A stretch of DNA of 64,000 bases from an uncultured Acidobacteriota bacterium. GTDB lineage: Bacteria; Acidobacteriota; UBA6911. The stretch spans positions 153,445 through 217,444 of the forward strand of contig CAWHCF010000038.1 of NCBI GenBank assembly GCA_963827655.1. The letters are read 5' to 3'. This document shows positions 41,166 through 50,562 of the stretch, in pieces. The position numbers and the translations under genes are program-made. Under the pieces are notes generated by a model that had not been told where the DNA came from, did no database searches, and saw only the letters and a list, made by a program, of their open reading frames with translations. Every line of letters begins with the position of its first letter. Within the stretch, counting starts at the first letter, position 1.

Positions 41166-42266
41166 GTGAAGAATAAATCTCCAATTCAAGGCGTCAAAAA
41201 GCAGGTATTGAGCGTCCCGGCCTATGCCCTGCGCGCTTACCACGGAGAGATAAAGCTCAACCAGAATGAAAACCCCTACGACTTTCCAGCGGAATTGAAG
41301 GAGGAGATCTTCAGCCGGTACCGCGATCGCCCATGGTCGCGTTACCCGGATTTTGTTCCTGATGCGCTGCGCGAGGCGCTGGCTGAGTTTGCGGGCTGGC
41401 GCAAGGAAGGGCTGCTCGTCGGCAACGGCTCGAACGAGTTACTGCAGGCCGTCTTGATGGTGCTGGTGAGGGATCACACGCCGGTCGCCATTCCTTCGCC
41501 AACTTTCCAGGTCTATGGTCTTGTTGCTCAGATCCTGGGCGCGCGGGTGATCAATGTTCCTCTGAGAGCCGACATGAGTTATGACGTCGATCAGCTCATT
41601 CTGCTCTCGGGAGAAGTCGATGCGCGTGTCCTGATCATCTGCAGTCCCAATAATCCGACTGGAACCGTGCTGGAAGAGCGGGATTTGGAGAAGATTCTGG
41701 AACGCTTTTCAGGATATATCCTCCTGGATGAGGCCTACTACGAGTTTAGCGGCCGGACCGGACTTCGCTACCTGGAGTCTTACCCGCGGCTCATTATCAC
41801 GCGAACCTTTTCCAAGGCCATGGGGATGGCTGGATTGCGTGTCGGATACCTGATGGCTCATCCGGAGCTGGCGACGCAGATTGCCAAAGCCAAGCTCCCC
41901 TATAGCGTCAATCAATTCAGCCTCATCGCCGCCCAGGTCGCTCTCGAGAACCGCGATCGTTTTCGGCCTGCGATCGATGAAATCCTGAACGAGAGAGATC
42001 GTCTGGGAAAGAAGCTGAGCGCAGTTCCGGGCGTGAAAGTCTACCCCAGCGGCGCAAACTTCTTTCTCTTTGAGTTTTCGGTCTCGCCCCGCATCGTTTT
42101 TGAAGAGTTGTGCCGGCAGGGGATTCTGGTTCGCGACGTTACTTCCTATCCTATGCTCTCGCGATGCTTGCGAGTATCCGTAGGCACGCGCGATGAGAAC
42201 GATCGCTTTCTGACAGCTCTGCAAGTGAGCCTGGACCGGGCGGCAGCGTCCGGCAAGGGATCCTGA
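41166..42266 (+). CDS. hisC: Histidinol-phosphate aminotransferase
   Basis: KLNQNENP, GNGSNE, SPNNPTG, DEAYYEF, RTFSKAMGMAGLRVGY. Confidence 0.95.
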   Translation: MKNKSPIQGVKKQVLSVPAYALRAYHGEIKLNQNENPYDFPAELKEEIFSRYRDRPWSRYPDFVPDALREALAEFAGWRKEGLLVGNGSNELLQAVLMVLVRDHTPVAIPSPTFQVYGLVAQILGARVINVPLRADMSYDVDQLILLSGEVDARVLIICSPNNPTGTVLEERDLEKILERFSGYILLDEAYYEFSGRTGLRYLESYPRLIITRTFSKAMGMAGLRVGYLMAHPELATQIAKAKLPYSVNQFSLIAAQVALENRDRFRPAIDEILNERDRLGKKLSAVPGVKVYPSGANFFLFEFSVSPRIVFEELCRQGILVRDVTSYPMLSRCLRVSVGTRDENDRFLTALQVSLDRAAASGKGS

Positions 42267-42277
42267 GGAATCGCGCC

Positions 42278-42868
42278 ATGACAGAGCGGAAGGCAACCAT
42301 CACACGAACAACGAGCGAAACGGACATCAAACTTGCGTTCGACCTCGACGGCAGCGGAAGCGGAGCCGCTCGAACGGGAATTCCTTTCCTGGACCACATG
42401 CTCACGCTGTTTGCCAAGCATGGCATTTTCGATCTGGATGTAACGTGCAAGGGAGATCTCGAGATCGATGCGCATCACTCCGTCGAGGACGTCGGGATAT
42501 GCCTGGGACTCGCGCTGGATAAGGCTCTAGGTGACAAGAAGGGCATCGTCCGCTTTGCTCACTCTTACTTTCCCATGGACGAGACTCTGGTCCGGGTGGC
42601 TGTCGACCTCTCGGGGCGCCCGTACCTGGTCTACAACGTCAAAGTGAGCCGCGAGCGCATCGGAGCGCTCGATGCCGAGCTGATCGAGGAATTCTGGAAG
42701 GCATTCGTGACCCACGCCCGGCTCAACGTCCACATCGAGCTTCTGTACGGCCGGAATACCCATCACATTTTCGAGGCCGTGTTCAAGGCGGCGGCCCGCG
42801 CCCTGAGCACCGCGACCCGCGTTGACTCGAGAATGCAGGGGGTTCCATCGACCAAGGGAGTGCTTTAG
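42278..42868 (+). CDS. hisB: Imidazoleglycerol-phosphate dehydratase
   Basis: TGIPFLDHML, IDAHHSVEDVG, NTHHIFEAVFKA, PSTKGVL. Confidence 0.96.
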   Translation: MTERKATITRTTSETDIKLAFDLDGSGSGAARTGIPFLDHMLTLFAKHGIFDLDVTCKGDLEIDAHHSVEDVGICLGLALDKALGDKKGIVRFAHSYFPMDETLVRVAVDLSGRPYLVYNVKVSRERIGALDAELIEEFWKAFVTHARLNVHIELLYGRNTHHIFEAVFKAAARALSTATRVDSRMQGVPSTKGVL

Positions 42869-42915
42869 GATTTACGATTGACGATTTACGATTGACGATT
42901 CACGATTGACGATTG
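42868..42915. repeat. 7-mer tandem array (GATTTAC/GATTGAC)n (family B)
   Basis: GATTTACGATTGACGATTTACGATTGACGATTCACGATTGACGATTG between hisB and hisH. Confidence 0.85.
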
Positions 42916-42932
42916 TGGCGGTTGGAGCGGAG

Positions 42933-43553
42933 ATGAGCGAGACGGTAATTATCGACTACGGCATGGGGAACTTGCGAAGTGTAGAGAAAGCATTGATGGC
43001 GGTCGGGGACCAGGCGGTGATCAGCGAAGACCCGGAGGTCGTGCGCCACAGCGACCGGTTGATTCTTCCCGGCGTCGGGGCCTTCGGCGATGCCATGTCA
43101 AATCTGAAGCAAGCGGGTCTGGATCTGGCCATTCGTGACGCGGTGGCCGAGGGGAAACCGCTTCTTGGATTGTGCCTGGGGCTGGAACTTCTTTTCAGTG
43201 AAAGCGAGGAGTTTGGCCGTCATGAGGGCTTGAATCTCATTCCCGGGCACGTGAGAAAATTTGAAGAAACGGCACTGCGAGTGCCGCACGTGGGATGGAA
43301 TCAGATCGAATCTCTACGCCCTGATCCCTTGCTCGAGAATCTTCCGGACGGATCCTACTTTTACTTTGTCCACTCGTTTTTCGTCGAGCCGGATCGCTCC
43401 GATGACGCCCTGGCCTGGACAAACTACGGGGGACCTTTTTGCTCGATCGCGCGGCATGAGAATGTGTGGGGGGCCCAGTTCCATCCCGAGAAAAGCCAGG
43501 ACGCCGGCAAGCGGCTTCTCCGCAATTTCCTTGATCTCCAAGATCCGTTCTAG
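42933..43553 (+). CDS. hisH: Imidazole glycerol phosphate synthase, glutamine amidotransferase subunit
   Basis: IDYGMGNLRSV, LPGVGAF, GLCLG, PHVGWN, YFVHS, QFHPEKS. Confidence 0.96.
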   Translation: MSETVIIDYGMGNLRSVEKALMAVGDQAVISEDPEVVRHSDRLILPGVGAFGDAMSNLKQAGLDLAIRDAVAEGKPLLGLCLGLELLFSESEEFGRHEGLNLIPGHVRKFEETALRVPHVGWNQIESLRPDPLLENLPDGSYFYFVHSFFVEPDRSDDALAWTNYGGPFCSIARHENVWGAQFHPEKSQDAGKRLLRNFLDLQDPF

Positions 43554-43583
43554 ACTTGTTGGTGTCTTCGCGTCCTTGTGGTG

Positions 43584-44339
43584 ATGGAGGTGAGCGTCGA
43601 ATTCGAGTTAATTCCGGCGATCGATATCAAAGATGGGAAGTGCGTTCGGCTTCAGGAGGGGAAGGCCGACCAGGCGACTGAATACGGAGACGATCCAGTC
43701 GCGATGGCTCTGAAGTGGGAGCGCGCGGGTGCGACCAGGCTGCACGTAATCGACCTCGATGGCGCATTCTCGGGACAGGCTACCCACTCAGAAATCGCGC
43801 GATCCATATTCGGAACCGTTCGGATTCCGGTGCAAATCGGTGGGGGCATCCGCACGCTCGATCAAGTCGAGCGGCTTCTGGCGCTCGGCGCGGCCCGTGT
43901 GATTCTTGGAACCGCCGCAATCGAGCACCCCGAGATCGTGGAGACCGCCGTCAGTCGCCATGGCGACGCTGTCGTAGTGGGAATTGACGCGCGCAACGGC
44001 CGGGTGGCCCTGCGCGGCTGGCGGACACAATCCTCCGTTCCTGCGGTCGATCTGGCCCGCCGGATGAAGGGGATTGGAGTCGAAAGGATCATCTACACCG
44101 ATATCGCGCGCGATGGCATGCTCTACGGTGTCAACCTGGATGAAACCGAAAGGGTGGCGCGCGACGCTCAGATTCCCGTGATTGCCAGCGGGGGTGTCGC
44201 CGGCATTGAGGATGTGCGCGATCTGTGGGAACGCCGCGCAGCCGGCATCGAAGGGGTCATCCTCGGGCGCGCCCTTTATGAAAGAAGAATTGATCTTCGA
44301 CAGGCAACCCGGGCTCTTGCCGCCTGGAACATATGTTAG
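43584..44339 (+). CDS. hisA: ProFAR isomerase
   Basis: [41 protein letters not shown]; start approximate. Confidence 0.95.
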   Translation: MEVSVEFELIPAIDIKDGKCVRLQEGKADQATEYGDDPVAMALKWERAGATRLHVIDLDGAFSGQATHSEIARSIFGTVRIPVQIGGGIRTLDQVERLLALGAARVILGTAAIEHPEIVETAVSRHGDAVVVGIDARNGRVALRGWRTQSSVPAVDLARRMKGIGVERIIYTDIARDGMLYGVNLDETERVARDAQIPVIASGGVAGIEDVRDLWERRAAGIEGVILGRALYERRIDLRQATRALAAWNIC

Positions 44340-45160
44340 CGAAGAGAATCATTCCGTGCCTTGACGTGAGGGATGGCAGGGTAGTGAAGGGGACGCATTT
44401 CGTGGATCTTCGAGACGCCGGCGATCCTGTCGAAGCGGGGAAACGCTACGACTCGCAGGGCGCCGACGAACTCGTCTTCCTGGACATCACGGCCTCATCC
44501 GATCGCAGAAACATTGTCGCGCGCATGGTTCGGGAGGTGGCCGATCATGTGTTCATTCCATTTACCGTGGGTGGAGGGCTCCGGTCGTTGCAGGACATCC
44601 AGGCCGTTCTGAGGGCTGGCGCCGACAAGGTCTCGCTGAATACTTCGGCGGTAGAGAACCCTGATCTGATCAGGGAGGCTGCGACGTATTTCGGTTCGCA
44701 ATGCATCGTGGTGGCTATTGATGCCCGCCGGGTGCAGCCCTGGATTCCGGAGAGCCCACGCTGGCAAGTCACCACTCACGGAGGCCGCACTGTAACTGAG
44801 CTGGAAGCAGTGGAGTGGTCGCAGGAGGCCGCCTCCCGCGGAGCGGGAGAAATCCTGCTAACGTCCATGGATCGCGACGGAACACAGGAAGGCTACGACA
44901 ACCTGCTTATCCGCAGGGTGGCGGAGCGTGTCGGCATTCCTGTCATTGCATCGGGCGGCTGCGGCTCGCTTCAGCACCTCGCGGATGCGCTGACCGAGGG
45001 CCATGCCAGCGCCGTCCTGGCTGCTTCTATTTTTCATTTCGGACAGCACACCATTGCGGAGGCCAAGCAGTTCCTGCGCGAGCGTGGCATCCCGGTCCGA
45101 ATGAAAATCGGGGACGTCCCCGATTTTCCAAGGGGGGAAGCGAGTTGTGACCAGAATTGA
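44333..45160 (+). CDS. hisF: Imidazole glycerol phosphate synthase, cyclase subunit
   Basis: [45 protein letters not shown]. Confidence 0.96.
   Translation: MLAKRIIPCLDVRDGRVVKGTHFVDLRDAGDPVEAGKRYDSQGADELVFLDITASSDRRNIVARMVREVADHVFIPFTVGGGLRSLQDIQAVLRAGADKVSLNTSAVENPDLIREAATYFGSQCIVVAIDARRVQPWIPESPRWQVTTHGGRTVTELEAVEWSQEAASRGAGEILLTSMDRDGTQEGYDNLLIRRVAERVGIPVIASGGCGSLQHLADALTEGHASAVLAASIFHFGQHTIAEAKQFLRERGIPVRMKIGDVPDFPRGEASCDQN
45103..45128. repeat. Perfect 26-bp palindrome (REP-like family D) in the hisF 3' end
   Basis: GAAAATCGGGGAC-GTCCCCGATTTTC. Confidence 0.8.
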
Positions 45161-45773
45161 CGATCTTCAGTGGGATACCAGCGGCCTCATTCCTGCGGTG
45201 GTTCAGGATGCGAACACGGGAGAAATCCTGACGCTTGCCTACATGAATCGCGAAAGCCTGATCCGCACCCGGGAGCTGGGAGAAACGGTGTTCTACAGCC
45301 GGAGCCGGAATGCGCTCTGGCATAAGGGCGAGACCTCCGGCCATTACCAGAAGGTCGTGGGACTCATGGCGGATTGCGACCGGGATGCGGTGGTGGTTCA
45401 GGTCCAGCCCCTCGGACCGGCGTGCCACACCGGCGCTCGGACGTGCTTCTTCGAGCACGTGGATGGCTTCAAACCGTCAAACCGGGGGGGCATCGGGTTC
45501 ATTCTCAAGGAACTGGAAGCTCTAATTCGGGAGCGCAAGACTACCCGTCCGACGGGTTCCTATACGACGAGTCTCTTCGAAGGCGGCTTGAAACGAATCC
45601 TGCAGAAGGTCGGCGAGGAAGCAACCGAGACCATCGTCGCCGGTATGAGCGGAGATCGACAAGAAACTATCAGGGAAAGCGCCGATCTGATCTATCACTT
45701 GCTGGTAGGCTTGCAGGAAATGGGGATCTCGCTCGAGGAAATCGCCGCGGAACTCCAGTCTCGCCGCCGGTGA
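45147..45773 (+). CDS. hisIE: Bifunctional phosphoribosyl-AMP cyclohydrolase / phosphoribosyl-ATP pyrophosphatase
   Basis: [40 protein letters not shown]. Confidence 0.95.
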   Translation: MTRIDDLQWDTSGLIPAVVQDANTGEILTLAYMNRESLIRTRELGETVFYSRSRNALWHKGETSGHYQKVVGLMADCDRDAVVVQVQPLGPACHTGARTCFFEHVDGFKPSNRGGIGFILKELEALIRERKTTRPTGSYTTSLFEGGLKRILQKVGEEATETIVAGMSGDRQETIRESADLIYHLLVGLQEMGISLEEIAAELQSRRR

Positions 45774-45793
45774 TATTTTTCGAAAGGATACTT

Positions 45794-47065
45794 ATGCAGG
45801 AGGTTTTGGGCATCGTCATGGGGGGCGGGCGAGGCCAGCGCCTTTATCCTCTGACCAAGATGCGAAGCAAACCGGCGGTTCCCCTGGCCGGGAAGTATCG
45901 AATCATTGATATTCCAATCAGCAATTGTCTCAACTCAGGTGTCAAACAGATCTTTGTTCTGACACAGTTCAACTCTGCGTCCTTGAACAAGCACGTCGTG
46001 CAGACCTATAAGTTCGACGTGTTCAGTGGCGGCTTTGTCGACATTCTGGCGGCGGAGCAGACTCCGGATAATCCGTTCTGGTTCCAGGGGACGGCCGATG
46101 CGGTGCGCCAGAACATAAAGCACTTTGCGCCCTACGACGTGGATTACATTCTAATTCTGTCCGGTGATCAGCTGTATCAGATGGATTTCAGGCGGCTCGT
46201 CACTGCTCACGTCGAGAGCAGCGCGGACATCACGGTGGCGGCCATTCCGGTAACGGAACGCGACGCTCCGAGCCTTGGCATCATGCAGATCGACAGCAGC
46301 GCCAGGGTTTTGACCTTCCGTGAGAAGCCTGGCCCCGAAGAACTGCCGCAGGTGCGCAGCTCTCTGCCGCAGGTAGCGGGGAACCCTCGCGGCGGCCAGG
46401 ATTTTCTAGCCAATATGGGCATTTATCTCTTTCCGAAGCAAGTTCTCATAGACGTTTTGACTCAGTCGACGGCCATCGATTTCGGCAAGGAAGTCTTTCC
46501 TGAGGTCATCGAGAAATTCAAGGTCCAGGCCTATGTTTTTGACGGGTATTGGACCGACATTGGAACCATCCGATCCTTTTATGAAGCCAATCTTGGATTC
46601 AGCGGCAGCCTGCCCCAGTTCAATTTCTATAACGCTCACATGCCTATCTATACGCACCCCCGTTTTCTACCCGGTTCGAAGATGAACAACTGCAACGTGC
46701 ACCAGTCGCTCATCACGGAAGGATGCATCCTGAACGGCGCGGACATCAAGCACTCCATCATCGGAGTGCGATCCAGGATCGGAGGCGGAACTACAGTCAA
46801 GAACTCAATCATTATGGGCGCCGACTACTTTGAGACCGCACGGGAACTTGAAGAGAATGCCGCCAGAAAGATTCCCCACATCGGCATCGGAAATCACTGC
46901 ACCATCATCAATGCCATCATCGATAAAAATGTTCGCATCGGAGACAGCGTCTCCATCATCAACGCTCACAACTTGCAGGAGAAAGACGAAGAAAACTACT
47001 GCATCCGCGACGGCATCATCGTCGTGCCCAAGGGGGCCTGGATTCGGAGCGGCACCGTTATCTAG
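45794..47065 (+). CDS. glgC: Glucose-1-phosphate adenylyltransferase
   Basis: GGGRGQRLYPLT..RSKPAVP, WFQGTADAV, SGDQLY, FREKP; ATG at 45794 follows GAAAGGA. Confidence 0.95.
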   Translation: MQEVLGIVMGGGRGQRLYPLTKMRSKPAVPLAGKYRIIDIPISNCLNSGVKQIFVLTQFNSASLNKHVVQTYKFDVFSGGFVDILAAEQTPDNPFWFQGTADAVRQNIKHFAPYDVDYILILSGDQLYQMDFRRLVTAHVESSADITVAAIPVTERDAPSLGIMQIDSSARVLTFREKPGPEELPQVRSSLPQVAGNPRGGQDFLANMGIYLFPKQVLIDVLTQSTAIDFGKEVFPEVIEKFKVQAYVFDGYWTDIGTIRSFYEANLGFSGSLPQFNFYNAHMPIYTHPRFLPGSKMNNCNVHQSLITEGCILNGADIKHSIIGVRSRIGGGTTVKNSIIMGADYFETARELEENAARKIPHIGIGNHCTIINAIIDKNVRIGDSVSIINAHNLQEKDEENYCIRDGIIVVPKGAWIRSGTVI

Positions 47066-47145
47066 CGGCGGACGGTTAATCGGCGCCTTCGTGTCCGGGC
47101 GGTCAATGTTTAAGAAAAACTAGCGCAAAGACACGAAGAGAACGC

Positions 47146-49191
47146 CTAAGAGGCCAGGACGCCAACGGCTCCCACTTCCGACTGCTTCTCAGACTCCTGG
47201 TACCCGAGGATCATCATGGTAATGTCGTCATGCTGAGGCGTTCCGGCTGAGAACAACGCGATGGCTTCCCTCAAACGCGCCAGAATATCGGACGACGGGC
47301 GGCGAGCGTTCTCCTGGAGGAGCGCATGAAGCCGGTTCTCACCAAATTCCTCACCTTTTGTGTTGAGCGCTTCGAGCACCCCGTCGGTGAAGAGTATCAC
47401 GTGATCTCCCTGCTTGAGTTGTACGGTGGCCGATTCGTAGTCAGCGTCCGGGAAAATTCCAAGAACCACGCCACCTTCCGTCAACTCGCGGATCGAGCCG
47501 TCGGGTCCGAGTAGAATCGGAGGATTGTGGCCGGCGTTGGTGTATGTGAGCAGGCCGCCGGCGTCGAGGATTCCAAAGAACAGAGTTACGAATCGATTTC
47601 CCATGGTGCGCTTCACCAGAGTCCGGTTGACGTTGGAAAGGATCGCGGGGGGCGGAAGGTCCAGAAGGGTCTGGGTTGAGAAAATTCCCTGCAGCACCGA
47701 CGTGAGCAGAGCCGCGGACATACCCTTGCCGGCAACATCCCCCAGCGCGAATCCCAGCCGGCCGTCATCAAAATCGAAGTAATCGAGATAGTCCCCTCCA
47801 ACTTCGTGGCATGGGATGTTATCGCTGTAGGCGCAGGCGTAGGGAAGGATCTTATGAGAAGGCGGGAGCAGCGCCTGCTGAATTTCACGCGCGATCGCCA
47901 GGTCTTCGTCGAGCCTTCGCTTTTCCTGAGATTCCTTATAGAGGCGCGCGTTGTAAATAGCCATAGCGGCTTCTGAAGCCAGCGTCTCCAGGGCCTTGAG
48001 CTGCGTGTCCGAGAGTCTGGCCGCGACGTTTTGGCTATCAACATACAACACCCCAAGCGTCTCCATGCGGCGAAGGCCGGACAGGCTTCCAGAGTCATGA
48101 AAGGCGAAATATCGAAGCGGGACGCAGGAAATGCTGCGCACCCCCAGGCGCCGCGTGGTGGCATGATCGTTGTCTTCGGCGCCTACGTCGAGGTCGTTGA
48201 TGACCAATGGCTTGGCATTCTGAAAGACGTCCTCGGGCACTCGGCGGCTGGTCTGGAAGGACGAGCCGTCCAGTGGCCGCTTGAAGTTGTTCCGAGCGCA
48301 GCGGAACTGAAGTTCGGCATTCTTGTCCTTCAGCATGATAAATCCCCGTTCCGCGCCCGTCAGTTCGATGGCCGTATCAACCACAAGAGCCAAAACATCG
48401 TCCAGCAGAGGAATCGAGCTGAGAGCCCGGAACGTTTCGAGGAGCAACCCGATCTCGCGGAAGCCGCGAACGGAAAGTCCCGCCTCGGACTTGGAGTCGG
48501 ACAGGCCGAGTAACGACTGAAGCAGGTCTCCCAGGTGGAAAGTAAGATTGGTTCCGTGTAAGCCGCCGAGCTGTATCCGGTCTCCGTGGGCAAGCTTTGC
48601 TTCGTCCAGCCGGACTCCATTCACATAGGTGCCGTGCTTGCTGCCAAGATCGCGAATACGATACTCGTCGTTTTCGATCAGAATCTCCGCCTGCATCCGG
48701 GAGACATTCATTTGCGTGAAAACCAGATCGTTGTTCGAACTGCGCCCGATTGTGAATCGAGGTGGAATAATCGCAACCCAGCACTCTTTGCCCGATTCAT
48801 CCAGGTACCGTAGTCGCGCCTGGGAGGTGCTGTCCTGCTTGCGCAGCGCGTGCGTCGTCGCTCGTTCCAGGCTTGTTTTCAATGACGACTTGGTGAACGG
48901 CAGCAACAGAACATCAGCGGCGCCCGCATGAAAGGCCTCGAGGGTACTCGACGCCGTTCCCCGCGCGCTGATCACGATCACAGGGACACCGGGACAGATC
49001 TCGGCGATCTTCCGCAGTTCCGTAGTTCCATCCGATTCCGAAGGGGGTTGCAGATAAACCACACTCAACCCGGACTCGGTCAAAAGCTCCCTTGTATCGG
49101 GAATTCCGGCTGCAGTCACGACGCGGTACCCGAGCTCGGTGAAATAGTCGTTTGCCTGCGTCGCCGCGCGTTCCTCCAACCCTGCCAGCAA
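47146..49191 (-). CDS. Signalling phosphatase: degenerate receiver + FHA + GAF + PP2C/SpoIIE
   Basis: FHA motifs IGRSSNND..VSR..DLGSKHGTYVNG; GAF motifs TGAERGF..GVLYVD; PP2C motifs VGGDY, GDVAGKG, NAGH, FTDG, DDIT. Confidence 0.88.
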   Translation of the reverse strand: MLAGLEERAATQANDYFTELGYRVVTAAGIPDTRELLTESGLSVVYLQPPSESDGTTELRKIAEICPGVPVIVISARGTASSTLEAFHAGAADVLLLPFTKSSLKTSLERATTHALRKQDSTSQARLRYLDESGKECWVAIIPPRFTIGRSSNNDLVFTQMNVSRMQAEILIENDEYRIRDLGSKHGTYVNGVRLDEAKLAHGDRIQLGGLHGTNLTFHLGDLLQSLLGLSDSKSEAGLSVRGFREIGLLLETFRALSSIPLLDDVLALVVDTAIELTGAERGFIMLKDKNAELQFRCARNNFKRPLDGSSFQTSRRVPEDVFQNAKPLVINDLDVGAEDNDHATTRRLGVRSISCVPLRYFAFHDSGSLSGLRRMETLGVLYVDSQNVAARLSDTQLKALETLASEAAMAIYNARLYKESQEKRRLDEDLAIAREIQQALLPPSHKILPYACAYSDNIPCHEVGGDYLDYFDFDDGRLGFALGDVAGKGMSAALLTSVLQGIFSTQTLLDLPPPAILSNVNRTLVKRTMGNRFVTLFFGILDAGGLLTYTNAGHNPPILLGPDGSIRELTEGGVVLGIFPDADYESATVQLKQGDHVILFTDGVLEALNTKGEEFGENRLHALLQENARRPSSDILARLREAIALFSAGTPQHDDITMMILGYQESEKQSEVGAVGVLAS

Positions 49192-49221
49192 AATGTATTC
49201 GTTTCTCTGCCAAAGCTGAAA

Positions 49222-49300
49222 CCTTAGTGCTTAGTGTTTCTTCGTGTCTTCGTGTCCTCGTGGTATTTGTTTGCAGCCCTAACCACGAAGACGCCAAGAA
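49222..49300. repeat. Inverted pair of 9-mer-periodic arrays (family A)
   Basis: CTTAGTGTTTCTTCGTGTCTTCGTGTCCTCGTGGT ... ACCACGAAGACGCCAAGAA. Confidence 0.8.
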
Positions 49301-49364
49301 AGATAATTGCCCGGAGCTCCAGGCTCTCGAAAGCCAATGATAATATCATAGCCCAGGAGGATCC

Positions 49365-50222
49365 ATGCCGAGGGAACCGCTGTTAGGGGCTCACATGTCG
49401 ATTGCCGGCGGTATCCACAACGCCTTTTCACACGGCGAACGCGCCGGCTGCCGGACTTTGCAGATCTTTCTTAAGAATGCCAGCCAGTGGAAAGGAAGAG
49501 GTCTCACGGAAGAAGATCGGTCCTTGTACCTTGAGGCTCAAGAGCGAAGCGCCATCGGACCGGTCATGGCCCACAACAGCTACCTGATCAATCTCGCCTC
49601 TCCCGATCCGCTCCTCTACGAACGGTCTCTTGAAGCGTTCATGGAGGAGATGGGACGCGCGAATTTCCTCGGCGTCCCTCAAGTGGTGGTGCATCCGGGC
49701 GCTCACATGGGAGCCGGTGAAAACGAAGGAATCGTACGCATTGCCGCGGCGATCAATCGCGCCCTGGCCCAGGTTGCGCCCCCGGTGGAAATCCTGCTCG
49801 AGAACACGGCGGGCCAGGGGAGCTGTCTCGGATACCGATTCGAGCATCTGGCGGCCCTCCTGGATCGAGTAACGCAACAGGAACGCGTCGGCGTTTGCCT
49901 CGACACGTGCCATCTTTTCGCTGCGGGATACGATATCTCCAGTGAATCAGGGTACAGGAAAACGATCGCGGAGTTTAATCGACTCATCGGCGTCCAACGG
50001 ATCCGCGCTTTTCACGTCAATGATTGCAAAAGGGAGCTGGGGTCCCGAATCGACAGGCATGCCCACATCGGCAAGGGTTTCATAGGGCTTGAAGCCTTTC
50101 GCTGTCTGGTGAATGATCGGCGTTTCGCGCGCGTTCCCAAGATCCTCGAAACACCGAAGGGAAAAGATCTGAAGGAAGACTTGATGAACCTGGCGGTCTT
50201 GAGAAGCCTGCTCAGGCCTTGA
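49365..50222 (+). CDS. nfo: Endonuclease IV
   Basis: GAHMSIAGG, HNSYLINLAS, HPGAH, ENTAGQG, DTCHLFAAGYD, DRHAHIG, LETP. Confidence 0.95.
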   Translation: MPREPLLGAHMSIAGGIHNAFSHGERAGCRTLQIFLKNASQWKGRGLTEEDRSLYLEAQERSAIGPVMAHNSYLINLASPDPLLYERSLEAFMEEMGRANFLGVPQVVVHPGAHMGAGENEGIVRIAAAINRALAQVAPPVEILLENTAGQGSCLGYRFEHLAALLDRVTQQERVGVCLDTCHLFAAGYDISSESGYRKTIAEFNRLIGVQRIRAFHVNDCKRELGSRIDRHAHIGKGFIGLEAFRCLVNDRRFARVPKILETPKGKDLKEDLMNLAVLRSLLRP

Positions 50223-50562
50223 CCGGTAAGCGAGTCCTGCGATAAATGCCAGGATAGGTTGATCCTGGCTTAGGCGAAGTAATCTGCGTCCTTGAGCTTG
50301 TACATTTCGCAGGCGGCAGCAAGTCTTCAAGAACCCTTATCCATGAAGAAACTGTGCAATTAGTTTGACGAAGGTCTGCCTCTCCATCTCCGCCAATAAG
50401 GCCCCTTGACCAAGGCTCCTATCCAACACCCCCTCTAGGCTTAAGCAGTAGTCTTAAAAAAATCTAACAATTTAGTTGACGACCTTCTATTCTCTTAGTT
50501 ATGTTGTGGTCCGTATTTCTAGCAACTTAGTTGATTAATCTATTCTAATTTTCAAGCAGTGA

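Noticed and set aside
17425-42915. Heptamer and nonamer arrays as possible CRISPR arrays
   Set aside because: Units are 7-9 bp and tandem with no unique spacers, and no cas genes are present.
45374-45793. 140-aa N-terminal extension of GlgC in the ORF track
   Set aside because: It overlaps hisIE in another frame; the ATG at 45794 has an RBS and matches the normal GlgC start.
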